In this document: one piece after another, positions 45,495 through 54,779 of the stretch
Layout of the letters: each line of letters opens with the position of its first letter
Position numbering within the stretch: the first letter of the stretch is position 1
Assembly (NCBI GenBank): GCA_051859245.1
Contig: JBHYGA010000006.1
Location: 32,001-96,000 of the forward strand
Reading direction: 5' to 3'
Source of the DNA: Gemmatimonadaceae bacterium
Lineage (GTDB): Bacteria; Gemmatimonadota; Gemmatimonadetes; Gemmatimonadales; Gemmatimonadaceae
DNA: 64,000 nt
Made by a program: the position numbers and the translations under genes
Notes under the pieces: model-generated
Databases searched by the model: none
The model's input: only the letters and a program-made list of their open reading frames with translations
Told to the model about the DNA's origin: nothing

Positions 45495-46527
45495 CTTCTG
45501 ACCCCGCCGAGAGTACGATCTCGCCCGTTTCCTCGAGCGCCCGGACCTTCGCCACAATGTCGGCCTGCGAGGCTTCCACGTCGCGCATCTTGACCGGTCC
45601 CAGGAACTCGATCTCCTCCTTGAGGCCTGCAACCGCACGCTGCGACATGACACCCATGATGCGCTGCTTGAGCTCGGGACTTGCCGCCTTGAGGGCGAGC
45701 GCCAGCTGCTTGACGTCGATTTCGCGCAGCAACCGCTGCAGCGACTTGTCGTCGAGCGCACTGAGATCTTCGAACACAAACATGAGATTCTTGATCTGAT
45801 CGCTGAGTCCAGGATCGCGATCGGAGACGGCCTCGAGCACTTCCTTTTCGAGGGACGTACTGACCAGGTTGAGCACCGCAGCAACGGCCGCCGGTCCACC
45901 AACACTGCTCATGCCCTGCGTGAATGCGAGTTCCGCCTCGCTGCCGATGGCCCGCTCAACGAGCGAGATCATTTCCGGTGCGACTTTTTCCATGCGAGCA
46001 ATTCGATACATCACTTCGCCGCCGAGCGCCGTGTCAAGTTCGCGCAGAATCTGGGCAACATGCGCGGGATCAAGGTGGGCGAGAATGAGTGCGATTGTTT
46101 GCGGATGTTCACCACGCAGCGTGCTACCAAGCTGCTGCGGATCGGCGCGACGCAGACGACCGAACCGATCGCTGTCGGCGAGCTGGCCCTGAATGCGCTT
46201 GAGAATCTGCATGGCTTTGGCTGAGCCAAAGGCTTCTTCCAGCACTTCGCGCGCAAACTCAACGCCACCGGTGGAGAGCGAATCAACGCCGACGGTAAGT
46301 TCAAGCCACTCCGACAACACCATGGAGATGGTCTCGGACGGCACGCGGTCGAGCGTGGCCATTTCGAGCGCCACGATTTCCGCTTCTTCAGGATGCAGTT
46401 GTCCCGTGACTTTGGCCGCGTGCTTCGCGCCGAGCGCCATGCACACGATGGCAACTTTCTGCCGCCCGGTCAGGCGATCAGCGGAATACTTATCACCGCC
46501 GCGCGTGGGAACGATCGCTGTTGCCAT
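45481..46527 (-). CDS. fliG: Motor switch protein FliG
   Basis: LTGRQKVAI, EHPQTIALILAHL, MFVFEDL, LGPVKMRDVE. Confidence 0.96.
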   Translation of the reverse strand: MATAIVPTRGGDKYSADRLTGRQKVAIVCMALGAKHAAKVTGQLHPEEAEIVALEMATLDRVPSETISMVLSEWLELTVGVDSLSTGGVEFAREVLEEAFGSAKAMQILKRIQGQLADSDRFGRLRRADPQQLGSTLRGEHPQTIALILAHLDPAHVAQILRELDTALGGEVMYRIARMEKVAPEMISLVERAIGSEAELAFTQGMSSVGGPAAVAAVLNLVSTSLEKEVLEAVSDRDPGLSDQIKNLMFVFEDLSALDDKSLQRLLREIDVKQLALALKAASPELKQRIMGVMSQRAVAGLKEEIEFLGPVKMRDVEASQADIVAKVRALEETGEIVLSAGSEDVIV

Positions 46528-46529
46528 GA

Positions 46530-48086
46530 TCAGTTCCGCAGCCAGGTGCGCATGACACGAACGGCCGCATCAGGACGCTGTTCAACAGTCGCGATGGCCT
46601 GCTCGCGTTCCGGCGTGGTCGCAGGTGGCGGCAACACCACGGGCTTCTTCACGGCGAGTGCAAGGTCGGCGTCCATGTCCGGCTCGGGTTCGCGAAGCTG
46701 TCCGCTACTCAGCGCCGGCTGGTTCGACGGTGCCGCGGCCATCAACACCGGCGCTGGCGCGGGTGCGGGCTTCAACGCACGTACCGACACCATGGCGATG
46801 ATCAACAGCACGACCAGCGACGCGATCGCCACCACCGGCTTGGGGTTGTCGAGCACGCGTGACACCATGGTGGGCGTCGGCACGGAATCCGCGACGGTCT
46901 GCTCAATCACCGGCATGTCAAACGGTGCGCTGATCACCGATAGTCCGTCACCACGCGCGGTATCAATACCGAGTGCGTTGCGGACGAGCGCTTCGATGCG
47001 TGTGAGTTCTTCGGCGCTGCGCGGCGTGACCACCGGCGGTGTGGTGGAGGCACCGTCTGCATCAGGCGTGATCGTGACTTTGTCCGCGACCAATACGGCC
47101 ACGGTCATTTTTTTCACGTCGCCGACTGCACCGGTGAACGACTCCACGCTGCGCGTGGTCTCAAAGGTGGTGGCGACATTGGTTGACGCCGCGCCCGCCT
47201 GACCTGCTTGCGGTGTGATCTCGGACTTGTGTTCAACGCTGACCACTTGCTGGTCCGGATTCACGGCCTGCGTGGTGCGCTCGATCTTGTCAAAGTTGAT
47301 CGTCGCTGCGACTTGCACGCGTGCGTTGCCCGCACCCACAATCTGCGACAGCAACGCTTCCGCCTTGTCTTCGAGATACTTCTCCACGTCGCGCTGCATC
47401 GTGACCTGACGACTCGACAGACCAACACCTGAGGCATCGTCGAGCGTGGTGAGCGCGTTGCCGCGTTCATCGATAATCACCACATGATCGGCTTCGAGCC
47501 CGCCCACGGAGCCAGCCACGAGGCTGGCAATTCCGCGCACCGTTTCCGGACTTGGCGTGTCTCCGCCCGTCATCGCGAGCGTGACCGACGCTTTTGACTG
47601 ACGCGCGTCCTTCTTGAAAATCTTGTCGTCTTCGAGCGCGAGGTGCACCTGCACGCGCTCCACATTGCGCATGGTGCCGATGTTGCGCTCAAGTTCACCT
47701 TCAAGCGCACGACGGTAATTCACTTTTTGTGTGAAGTCCGTCATGCCCCACGTGGGCTTGTCAAAGAGTTCGAGTCCGGGACGACCGCCGCCAGGCAGCG
47801 CCTCGCGCGCCAACGCCACGCGTGCGGTTGCGACCTTGGAAGCCTCCACCATGACGGTGCCACCGGCATTCTCGAGCTTGAATGCGATGCCAGCCTCGGT
47901 GAGTTTATCCGTAATCACACCGACAGACTCAATCGGCACATCGGCATACAGCGGCACATACGTGGGCTGTGTTGCCCAGCGCGACAGGCCAAACACCAAC
48001 GCCGTCGCAACCACGCCGACGGCAATGATGGCCATCTGGCGATTGCCTTCAACACGTCCAAACACTGAGGGAAGCAGGGAAGCCAT
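46530..48086 (-). CDS. fliF: MS-ring protein
   Basis: GLELFDK, RALEGELER, KASVTL, RGD..SV, VMRTWL. Confidence 0.96.
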   Translation of the reverse strand: MASLLPSVFGRVEGNRQMAIIAVGVVATALVFGLSRWATQPTYVPLYADVPIESVGVITDKLTEAGIAFKLENAGGTVMVEASKVATARVALAREALPGGGRPGLELFDKPTWGMTDFTQKVNYRRALEGELERNIGTMRNVERVQVHLALEDDKIFKKDARQSKASVTLAMTGGDTPSPETVRGIASLVAGSVGGLEADHVVIIDERGNALTTLDDASGVGLSSRQVTMQRDVEKYLEDKAEALLSQIVGAGNARVQVAATINFDKIERTTQAVNPDQQVVSVEHKSEITPQAGQAGAASTNVATTFETTRSVESFTGAVGDVKKMTVAVLVADKVTITPDADGASTTPPVVTPRSAEELTRIEALVRNALGIDTARGDGLSVISAPFDMPVIEQTVADSVPTPTMVSRVLDNPKPVVAIASLVVLLIIAMVSVRALKPAPAPAPVLMAAAPSNQPALSSGQLREPEPDMDADLALAVKKPVVLPPPATTPEREQAIATVEQRPDAAVRVMRTWLRN

Positions 48087-48095
48087 ACGGATTGT

Positions 48096-48422
48096 TTACG
48101 ACTGCATGTTGATGAGCGTGCGATAACTCTCGACCAGCTTGTTGCGCATTTCGATCAGCATGTCGAGCGCAATGCCCGACTCTTCCTGCGCGGCCATCAC
48201 CTGATGCAGCTCGACATCTTCACCGGCCACAAACCGGCGCGTCATATCGCCAGCGTGATTTCGCACTTCGCTGATGTTGTTGAGCACGCTGGAGAGAGTG
48301 TCGCCAAACGACGGCCCGTCTTCATCCATGCCCGGCAGCGACAACGGACGAGCGCCCGTGTCGAGTCCTGGCTGCTGAAACTCGGGCAGACTGCGTGTGA
48401 TGAGATCAATGCGTGATGACAT
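48096..48422 (-). CDS. fliE: Basal-body protein FliE
   Basis: SFGDTL, ELHQVMAA, MRNKLVESYRTLINMQ. Confidence 0.93.
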   Translation of the reverse strand: MSSRIDLITRSLPEFQQPGLDTGARPLSLPGMDEDGPSFGDTLSSVLNNISEVRNHAGDMTRRFVAGEDVELHQVMAAQEESGIALDMLIEMRNKLVESYRTLINMQS

Positions 48423-48432
48423 GGCGTATTCC

Positions 48433-48798
48433 TCAGGCGCGGACGTCGAGACGACCACCGCGCATGGCGGGCGGCGTTGGCATCGTGGCGTTCTTGATCT
48501 TGCCGTACGTGAGCGGGCCGAGTGACGCGGACTTCGAGAAGAAGGCGCGCTCTTCCGTGGTGAGCACATTCCACAGCGCGGGATCCGTTCCTGCGGGGGC
48601 TTCAGCGGGAACCGATGTGGGCTGCGATGCAATCGTCGGGCGCGCGGTCACCGCGGCGCGCTCGGTTATACCAGCGCGCTCCGTTGCCGGACGAGCGGCC
48701 GGTGCGTTGCCATTCTGAACACCCTGAGTGCCGTTCGAACGAACCAGCGGACCGAGTGAGTTCAGCAGCGGATTGTTGTTGATGCCGTTGATGCTCAT
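48433..48798 (-). CDS. Hypothetical flagellar-operon protein
   Basis: 121 aa ORF filling the flgC-fliE gap; Asn-rich N-terminus, LTTEERAFF, C-terminal RGGRLDVRA. Confidence 0.75.
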   Translation of the reverse strand: MSINGINNNPLLNSLGPLVRSNGTQGVQNGNAPAARPATERAGITERAAVTARPTIASQPTSVPAEAPAGTDPALWNVLTTEERAFFSKSASLGPLTYGKIKNATMPTPPAMRGGRLDVRA

Positions 48799-48836
48799 GA
48801 CAGGCGAACCGAAAGAGAGAGGCGATGCATGGTGAA

Positions 48837-49427
48837 TCAGATGTCGAGCGCGGCGCGCAACATGGATTTCGTGGTCTGAAACACCGTCGCGTTGGCTTCA
48901 TACAAGCGCTTCGCGTCGAGCAGATTCACGAGTTCCTGTGTGGGATCGATGTCGGGATACCGCACGTAGCCGTTGGTGTCGGCGTCCGGATGACCGGGTT
49001 CGTACACGAGCTTTCCGGCGTCTGCCGGTCCCATTTCCGTTCCGGCAACTCGCACGCCATGCAGGCCGTCGTCCGGTGGATTCATGGGAATCGGAATCGC
49101 GCGATTCACATCGCCAATGGCCGGCAGCTGAAACGGCTGCGCACCGAACGGTCCGCTGGCCGTGGGCAGCGTTCCGTTGATCGCCGGCTGGTTGCCATTG
49201 CGCGTGTTCTCGCGCGTGGCGGTTTCAATGACTGTCGTGCGACGACGGTACGGTCCGCCTTCCGCCGTACGCGTCACGTCAGCGTTTGCAATGTTCTGGG
49301 CGATCGTTTCCATGCGCGCGCGCTGCGCTGACAACCCGCTCGCCGAAATGCTCAGCGAGCGAAAGTGTGGGCGAGGCGGCTGTACTCCGGCCGCAGGCAA
49401 CAGACCGAGACGACGTGGGTCAGTCAT
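48837..49427 (-). CDS. flgC: Proximal rod protein FlgC
   Basis: SASGLSAQRARM..IAQNIANA, PYRRR, YEPGHPDAD..GYV.YP, YEAN. Confidence 0.95.
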   Translation of the reverse strand: MTDPRRLGLLPAAGVQPPRPHFRSLSISASGLSAQRARMETIAQNIANADVTRTAEGGPYRRRTTVIETATRENTRNGNQPAINGTLPTASGPFGAQPFQLPAIGDVNRAIPIPMNPPDDGLHGVRVAGTEMGPADAGKLVYEPGHPDADTNGYVRYPDIDPTQELVNLLDAKRLYEANATVFQTTKSMLRAALDI

Positions 49428-49723
49428 CAGGTGCCCTTGATCGCGGTGCGAATGCTCTGGTACGTGCGCTCGAGCAGCTTGGCGGTAGTCAGAAACCGCA
49501 GCTGCTCATCCGCCAGGTCCATCATTTCCTGCTCGACGTCTACCGGATTGGCTTCGGCCAGTTCGGCGTCGCCCTCACCGGCCTTGAGCGCAAACCCGTC
49601 GCTATTGCCAAGTGAGGCTTTGGCCACGCGGTCGCTGATCGCACGCGACCGGGCAACACTCTGGTCGAGTGCCCCTCGCAGCGGCGACGCATTGGAAACG
49701 CGATCAATAAATCCGAAGAGCAT
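49427..49723 (-). CDS. flgB: Proximal rod protein FlgB (short, divergent)
   Basis: First gene before flgC; C-terminus VDVEQEMMDLADEQLRF...IRTAIKG. Confidence 0.78.
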   Translation of the reverse strand: MLFGFIDRVSNASPLRGALDQSVARSRAISDRVAKASLGNSDGFALKAGEGDAELAEANPVDVEQEMMDLADEQLRFLTTAKLLERTYQSIRTAIKGT

Positions 49724-49767
49724 TTGTGTAGCCTCGTGGAACGGCGTGAGTGTCCACGAGTTACAAA

Positions 49768-49783
49768 AGCAATGCTTGGGCCA
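49768..49783 (-). promoter_or_regulatory. sigma54 promoter of the flgB operon
   Basis: Minus strand TGGCCCAAGCATTGCT (GG-N10-GC); IHF-like TAAGTGCTTGTAT at 49824-49836. Confidence 0.85.
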
Positions 49784-49882
49784 CAAATCTGACGGGTCTG
49801 ATTCAGACTGTGCAGAAGTAGTCTAAGTGCTTGTATTTAAAGGTTTTTGACCTTCCATATCAGCCCGGACATGTGGTTCGAA

Positions 49883-49963
49883 CGGCACTATTTGCCGCTC
49901 TTGAGCAGTGCCGAACATCGGTCCGAATGCGGCACAAACTTCCGCACTGGGAATTGATGGCCG
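49883..49963. promoter_or_regulatory. Cluster of candidate enhancer sites
   Basis: CGGCACTATTTGCCG (49883-49897), CGGCACAAACTTCCG (49930-49944), GGGAATTGATGGCCG (49949-49963). Confidence 0.62.
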
Positions 49964-49991
49964 AGTTTGCCGGGTCGGCTAGCTCTGGTTA

Positions 49992-51002
49992 TTACCCGGA
50001 TATAAAGTGCGGTTGCGTCCACGCCATATCGCCGTTGGACTCCAGGACCCGCACGCGCACGTAGCCTTCGCTGCCGCGAAATCGGTAGGTGGCCGGACTC
50101 GTCAGCGTCTCCTGGAGCACCGCGCCGCCGCGGCCGATGAACTGGATGCGGTATTTGCTCCACGCCGTCACACGCACGGTGACCGTCAGCTCGGTGGTCG
50201 ACGCGGCAATCTCGTTGAGCTCGACACCGGTGGAAGAGTAGAAGTCGCCTCGTTCCATGGCCTCCAGAATCGCCGCCGTCGACAGCGTATCGGCCCGCAC
50301 ATAGATCCAGCCTTTACCAGGGCGTGAGGCGGTGCGGTCGTCGTGGCGCTTGAAATGATGAGCGTCGTCCACCGCGAGCCCGTAGATCCTCACGTTGCGG
50401 GTGAGAATCGTGTCCCACATCGCTTCTAATGAAGGGACGCCGCCGCCACCGAGGTTGTTGACCTGCGGGTGACCGTTGAAAATCTCAAAGAGCCGGGTGT
50501 TGCGGACGCGCGCCAGCTCATCGGCCGACAGGGCCCAGCCGAAGCTTGGGTGGTTGATGTGCGGTACGCCGCCCGCCGCGCGAATGGCATCGACGTTGCG
50601 CTGCACCACCTCGACAGCACTGGTCCCACCCTGCGGCGCGACCAATGTGGACACGTTGAGTCCATTGATGTGAAGGGGCCGACTCTCAAACCGGTCGGTC
50701 ACTTCTTCGCCCTTGATGACCAGAAAACGATTGTCCAGCCCGTGCAGAGCGTTCAAGCCATCCACGCTGGTGATCACGTTGTGATCGGTAAGCACAACAA
50801 ACTGGTACCCGTGCGACCGGTACCATTTCACCACATCATCAGGGTGCGAGTCGCCGTCGCTGTTGAGCGTATGCGTGTGCGTGTTGCCCTTGTACCAACG
50901 TGGCGCGCGCGCCTTGAGGGGATTTTCCGTGATCGGCCGAAGCGCCGTGATCGCGGCGCCGAGTGACACCACGGTGAGCAGCGGCAGCAAGCGGATTCGC
51001 AT
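49992..51002 (-). CDS. PHP-domain (CehA/McbA-family) metallohydrolase, secreted
   Basis: WYKGNTHTHT, SDGD, LTDHN, INHP, EIFNG, DDAH; signal peptide. Confidence 0.88.
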   Translation of the reverse strand: MRIRLLPLLTVVSLGAAITALRPITENPLKARAPRWYKGNTHTHTLNSDGDSHPDDVVKWYRSHGYQFVVLTDHNVITSVDGLNALHGLDNRFLVIKGEEVTDRFESRPLHINGLNVSTLVAPQGGTSAVEVVQRNVDAIRAAGGVPHINHPSFGWALSADELARVRNTRLFEIFNGHPQVNNLGGGGVPSLEAMWDTILTRNVRIYGLAVDDAHHFKRHDDRTASRPGKGWIYVRADTLSTAAILEAMERGDFYSSTGVELNEIAASTTELTVTVRVTAWSKYRIQFIGRGGAVLQETLTSPATYRFRGSEGYVRVRVLESNGDMAWTQPHFISG

Positions 51003-51139
51003 ACAGTCTCCTGAACGGTGAGATTGACACACACGCAGCGCTTCCGGAACCGGATGCTCTGAGGGTAAGATGCAGGTCAGGTCACCAACGCGCTGGTGCT
51101 CGCGCCAGCCGCAGGGTCCTCTACCATTTCTCCCCCCGA

Positions 51140-51445
51140 ATGATGGCTATCGAAAACAAGCCCAGTCGTAACGAAGAGGAATATTTCGCACGACTCGACG
51201 CAGACTTGCGCAAAGAGTTGCGGCAGCGGGCGGATGACGAGCGCGCCGCACGAGTGGCTGCCGATCGCAACAAGTGCCCGCGTGACGGAGCGACGTTGGT
51301 CAGCAAGGAGACACATCACGTCACGATTGATCAGTGTCCAGAGTGCGATGGGATCTGGCTGGACAAAGGTGAACTGGAAATCCTTGCGAAAGGACAGATT
51401 GATCGCACCGGTTTTGTTGGCAATCTGCTGAATATCTTCAAGTAG
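51140..51445 (+). CDS. zf-TFIIB zinc-ribbon protein with N-terminal coiled coil
   Basis: CPRD...IDQCPECDGIWLDKGELE. Confidence 0.85.
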   Translation: MMAIENKPSRNEEEYFARLDADLRKELRQRADDERAARVAADRNKCPRDGATLVSKETHHVTIDQCPECDGIWLDKGELEILAKGQIDRTGFVGNLLNIFK

Positions 51446-51450
51446 CCTTT

Positions 51451-53250
51451 ATGTGTATCCGCTGGCCGTGCCGTAGTGCGTTGTTGGCCAGCGGTTACCT
51501 GCTGCTTGCCGCCTGCAGCGGGAGCGACGCGGTTGATCCCGGCGCAGCGCCGAGCGCCGTCGTTGTTACGCCGGCCGCTCAAAACATCTCGTCGCTTGGT
51601 GTCACCGCGCGATTGAGCGCGGAAGTGCGTAGCGTCAACGGTGCGGTGCTTTCCAGCCGCGCGATTACGTGGACGCGGAAAGGCAGCGGCGCAACGGCGG
51701 TGAGTGACAGTGGCGTCGTGACCGTTCTCGCGAACGGTGTAGACACCATCACGGCAACGAGCGGATCGCTTACGGGCACGGCGGTCATCACCGTGAATCA
51801 AGTGGCCGCGAGCATCACGCTCACGCCGGCGCCATCGAACATTTCGGTGCTCGGCGCGTCGCAACAGTTGAGCGCGAGCGTGGTCGACGCGAACGGGCGT
51901 TTTCTCCCGTTGGCGGTGGCAACGTGGACTTCTTCCAACAGCGCGAGTTTGCCGATCACCGCTGATGGCGTAGTAACGGCTGCTCGGCCCGGCGCGAGCG
52001 TGATCACGGCCACGTTTGCTGGCGTGTCGGCGACGCGCGACATGACCGCAACGCTGACGTCACCGGTGGGCGGCCCCATCCTTGGTGCAACCGTGCCGTG
52101 CGCTGGTGGCATGGCTGGCCCGTTCCCCTGCGAGAATGTGGATCTGCTCGCGTTCCTGCCGGTGTCTGGCATGGGCGGCGGTCCAGGCGTGGACCTGAAT
52201 GATCTGTGGGGATGGACGGACGAGACGAGCGGCAAAGAGTACGTGATCGTCATGCGTCGTGATGGCACCGCGTTCGTAGACGTGAGTGATCCGCGCAATC
52301 CGATTTTTCTGGGGAGCCTGCCGATCACACCCGGTGCGACGCCGAACATATGGCATGACGTGAAGGTGTATCAGGGATATGCGTTCATTGTGGCGGACGC
52401 GGCCGGACCACATGGCATGCAGGTGTTCGATTTGCGCCGGCTTCGTGAACACGCGGGTTTCCCGCGCACATTCACCCCGGATGCGACGTATACGAACATC
52501 AACAGCGCGCACAACATCGCGATCAATGAGGCGACCGGCTTCGCGTATATCGTAGGCGCAAGCGGCGGTGGTCAAACGTGCGGCGGCGGCTTGCACATGG
52601 TCGACATTCGCTCACCAGGTGCGCCAGTGTTTGCGGGTTGCTTCGCGGATCCGATGACGGGCCGAGTGTCAACCGGCTACACGCACGACGTGCAATGTGT
52701 ACGCTATCAGGGACCGGACACGCGATACACCGGTCGCGAAATCTGCCTCGGCAGCAATGAAACACACTTGAGCGTTGCCGACGTGACGGAAAAGCAGACG
52801 CCCGTAGCCATCAGCCGCGCGAGTTATCCGCAGGTTGGTTACACGCATCAGGGGTGGTTCACACAGGATCAGCGATACTTTCTCGTGAATGACGAGACAG
52901 ACGAGACACGTTTTGGTCTGCGAACGCGAACGCTGATCTGGGACGTGGCCGATCTCGAAGATCCCGTGCTGGTAGGCGAGTATCTGGGACCGAACCCGGC
53001 GTCCGATCACAACCACTACATTCGTGATTCGCGCATGTATGCGTCCACGTACCAGTTTGGGCTTCGTGTCATCGATGTGAGCAACCCGAAAGCGCCATCG
53101 CAGATTGGCTACTTTGATACGGCGCCGAACTTTCCCAACACGCCGGGCTTTGGCGGGTCGTGGAGCAACTATCCGTACTTCAAGAGCGGCATCATTGTGA
53201 TGACCAGCCGCACCGAAGGTTTCTTCGTGTTGCGCCTGCGGCCGAACTAA
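51451..53250 (+). CDS. Lipoprotein with Ig-like (Big_2) domains and choice-of-anchor B / LVIVD beta-propeller
   Basis: Lipobox LAA/C, two Ig-like repeats, NDLWGWTD, WHDVKVY, SAHNI, YTHDVQC, YTHQGW, WSNYPYF. Confidence 0.85.
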   Translation: MCIRWPCRSALLASGYLLLAACSGSDAVDPGAAPSAVVVTPAAQNISSLGVTARLSAEVRSVNGAVLSSRAITWTRKGSGATAVSDSGVVTVLANGVDTITATSGSLTGTAVITVNQVAASITLTPAPSNISVLGASQQLSASVVDANGRFLPLAVATWTSSNSASLPITADGVVTAARPGASVITATFAGVSATRDMTATLTSPVGGPILGATVPCAGGMAGPFPCENVDLLAFLPVSGMGGGPGVDLNDLWGWTDETSGKEYVIVMRRDGTAFVDVSDPRNPIFLGSLPITPGATPNIWHDVKVYQGYAFIVADAAGPHGMQVFDLRRLREHAGFPRTFTPDATYTNINSAHNIAINEATGFAYIVGASGGGQTCGGGLHMVDIRSPGAPVFAGCFADPMTGRVSTGYTHDVQCVRYQGPDTRYTGREICLGSNETHLSVADVTEKQTPVAISRASYPQVGYTHQGWFTQDQRYFLVNDETDETRFGLRTRTLIWDVADLEDPVLVGEYLGPNPASDHNHYIRDSRMYASTYQFGLRVIDVSNPKAPSQIGYFDTAPNFPNTPGFGGSWSNYPYFKSGIIVMTSRTEGFFVLRLRPN

Positions 53251-54779
53251 GCACGCGCTACGCGCAGCACTTCGTCGAGCGTGGTCACCCCCGCACGCAC
53301 CAAACGCAGGGCATCGTCGCGCAGCGTGCGCATGCCGTTCCCAATCGCGATCGCGCGCAGTTCTTCCGACCCGCGACGGGCCTGTGTCTCAAGGCGCAGC
53401 TCGTTGTCCATCACGAGCAGTTCGTATACGCCCTGACGCCCGCGGTATCCGGTATCCCGACAGTACTCACAACCGGTTCCTTTCCACACGGTCTCGAGTC
53501 CCAGTGCGGCGAGATCAAACGAACGCGCGGCTCGTGCGTCTGGTGTGGTGGGTGTCTTGCACTTGGGGCAAATCACGCGCACCAGTCGCTGCGCCAGCAC
53601 CGCGTCTACAGTGCTGGCCACGAGGTACGAGGCAACACCGAGATCCAGCAAACGCGTGAGTGCCGTGGGCGCATCGTTGGTGTGCAGCGTGGACAGGACA
53701 AGATGGCCGGTGAGCGCAGCTTGCGTGGCAATCTGCGCTGTTTCTGCGTCGCGAATTTCGCCCACCAGAATGATGTCCGGGTCCTGCCGCAGCAGTGAGC
53801 GCAGCGCTGCGGCAAAGGTCACGCCCACTTTTTCATTAACGGGTACCTGCGGCACGCCGGGCAATTCGTACTCAACCGGATCTTCAACCGTGAGAATTTT
53901 CTCACGACCGGTGCGCAGCAGCTCAATGGCGCCGTACAACGTAGTGGTTTTTCCGGAGCCGGTTGGGCCGGTCACGAGTACGATGCCGTGCGGACGCGAG
54001 ATACTTTCCCGAAACAGTTCGAGTGTATCGTCGGCCATGCCCATGTCAGTGAGCGAGATGCGACCGCGCTCCTTGTCGAGCAGTCGCAGCACCACACTCT
54101 CACCGCGCAGCGTGGGCGCCGTTGAGACACGCACGTCTACCTGACGATTCTGCAAGCGCAGCCGAATGCGTCCGTCCTGTGGCATACGGCGCTCCGCAAT
54201 ATCCAGCTCGGCCATGATCTTGAGGCGGCTGACAATCGCTGCCGTGAGATGCGGCGGGGGCGACGGTGCGGGCTGGAGCACACCGTCAACGCGGTAGCGA
54301 ACATGCAAACCGTCGGCGTAGCCCTCAAGATGAACATCGGACGCACGCGCGTCGAGCGCTTCAATGATCAGCAGGTTCACGAGACGCACCACTGGCGCTT
54401 CGTTCGCCAGATGCAGCAAATCATCCAACGGAATTTCATCAATACCCAGCGCGCGACTCTCGGACGACATGCCGGCGATCATGCCTTCTGCTGTTGTCGC
54501 ATCCTGCGCGTAGACGCGACGAATCGTGCTGCGAACGTCGTGCTCCGTGAATCGCACCAGTGCCACGGACGCGTTGAACTGCAGGCGCAGCTCGTCTAAT
54601 GCGAGCGGTTGCACACGATCGAGCCACGTGGCAACCGTGAGTTCGCCGGCGTGCAGCTTGAGCGGCAACACCGCGTGCTGCTCAAGCCAGTCTGCCGACA
54701 ACACACCGGACATCCGCTCGACTTCGAGCAGCTCACTCGCCGAGTGTTCCGCCGGGCCCGCGCCGTTGACTGCGGTCAT
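53247..54779 (-). CDS. gspE: Type II secretion ATPase
   Basis: ASDVHLE, GPTGSGKTTT, TVEDPVE, LRQDPD, GHLVLSTLHTN, tetracysteine motif. Confidence 0.95.
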   Translation of the reverse strand: MTAVNGAGPAEHSASELLEVERMSGVLSADWLEQHAVLPLKLHAGELTVATWLDRVQPLALDELRLQFNASVALVRFTEHDVRSTIRRVYAQDATTAEGMIAGMSSESRALGIDEIPLDDLLHLANEAPVVRLVNLLIIEALDARASDVHLEGYADGLHVRYRVDGVLQPAPSPPPHLTAAIVSRLKIMAELDIAERRMPQDGRIRLRLQNRQVDVRVSTAPTLRGESVVLRLLDKERGRISLTDMGMADDTLELFRESISRPHGIVLVTGPTGSGKTTTLYGAIELLRTGREKILTVEDPVEYELPGVPQVPVNEKVGVTFAAALRSLLRQDPDIILVGEIRDAETAQIATQAALTGHLVLSTLHTNDAPTALTRLLDLGVASYLVASTVDAVLAQRLVRVICPKCKTPTTPDARAARSFDLAALGLETVWKGTGCEYCRDTGYRGRQGVYELLVMDNELRLETQARRGSEELRAIAIGNGMRTLRDDALRLVRAGVTTLDEVLRVARA

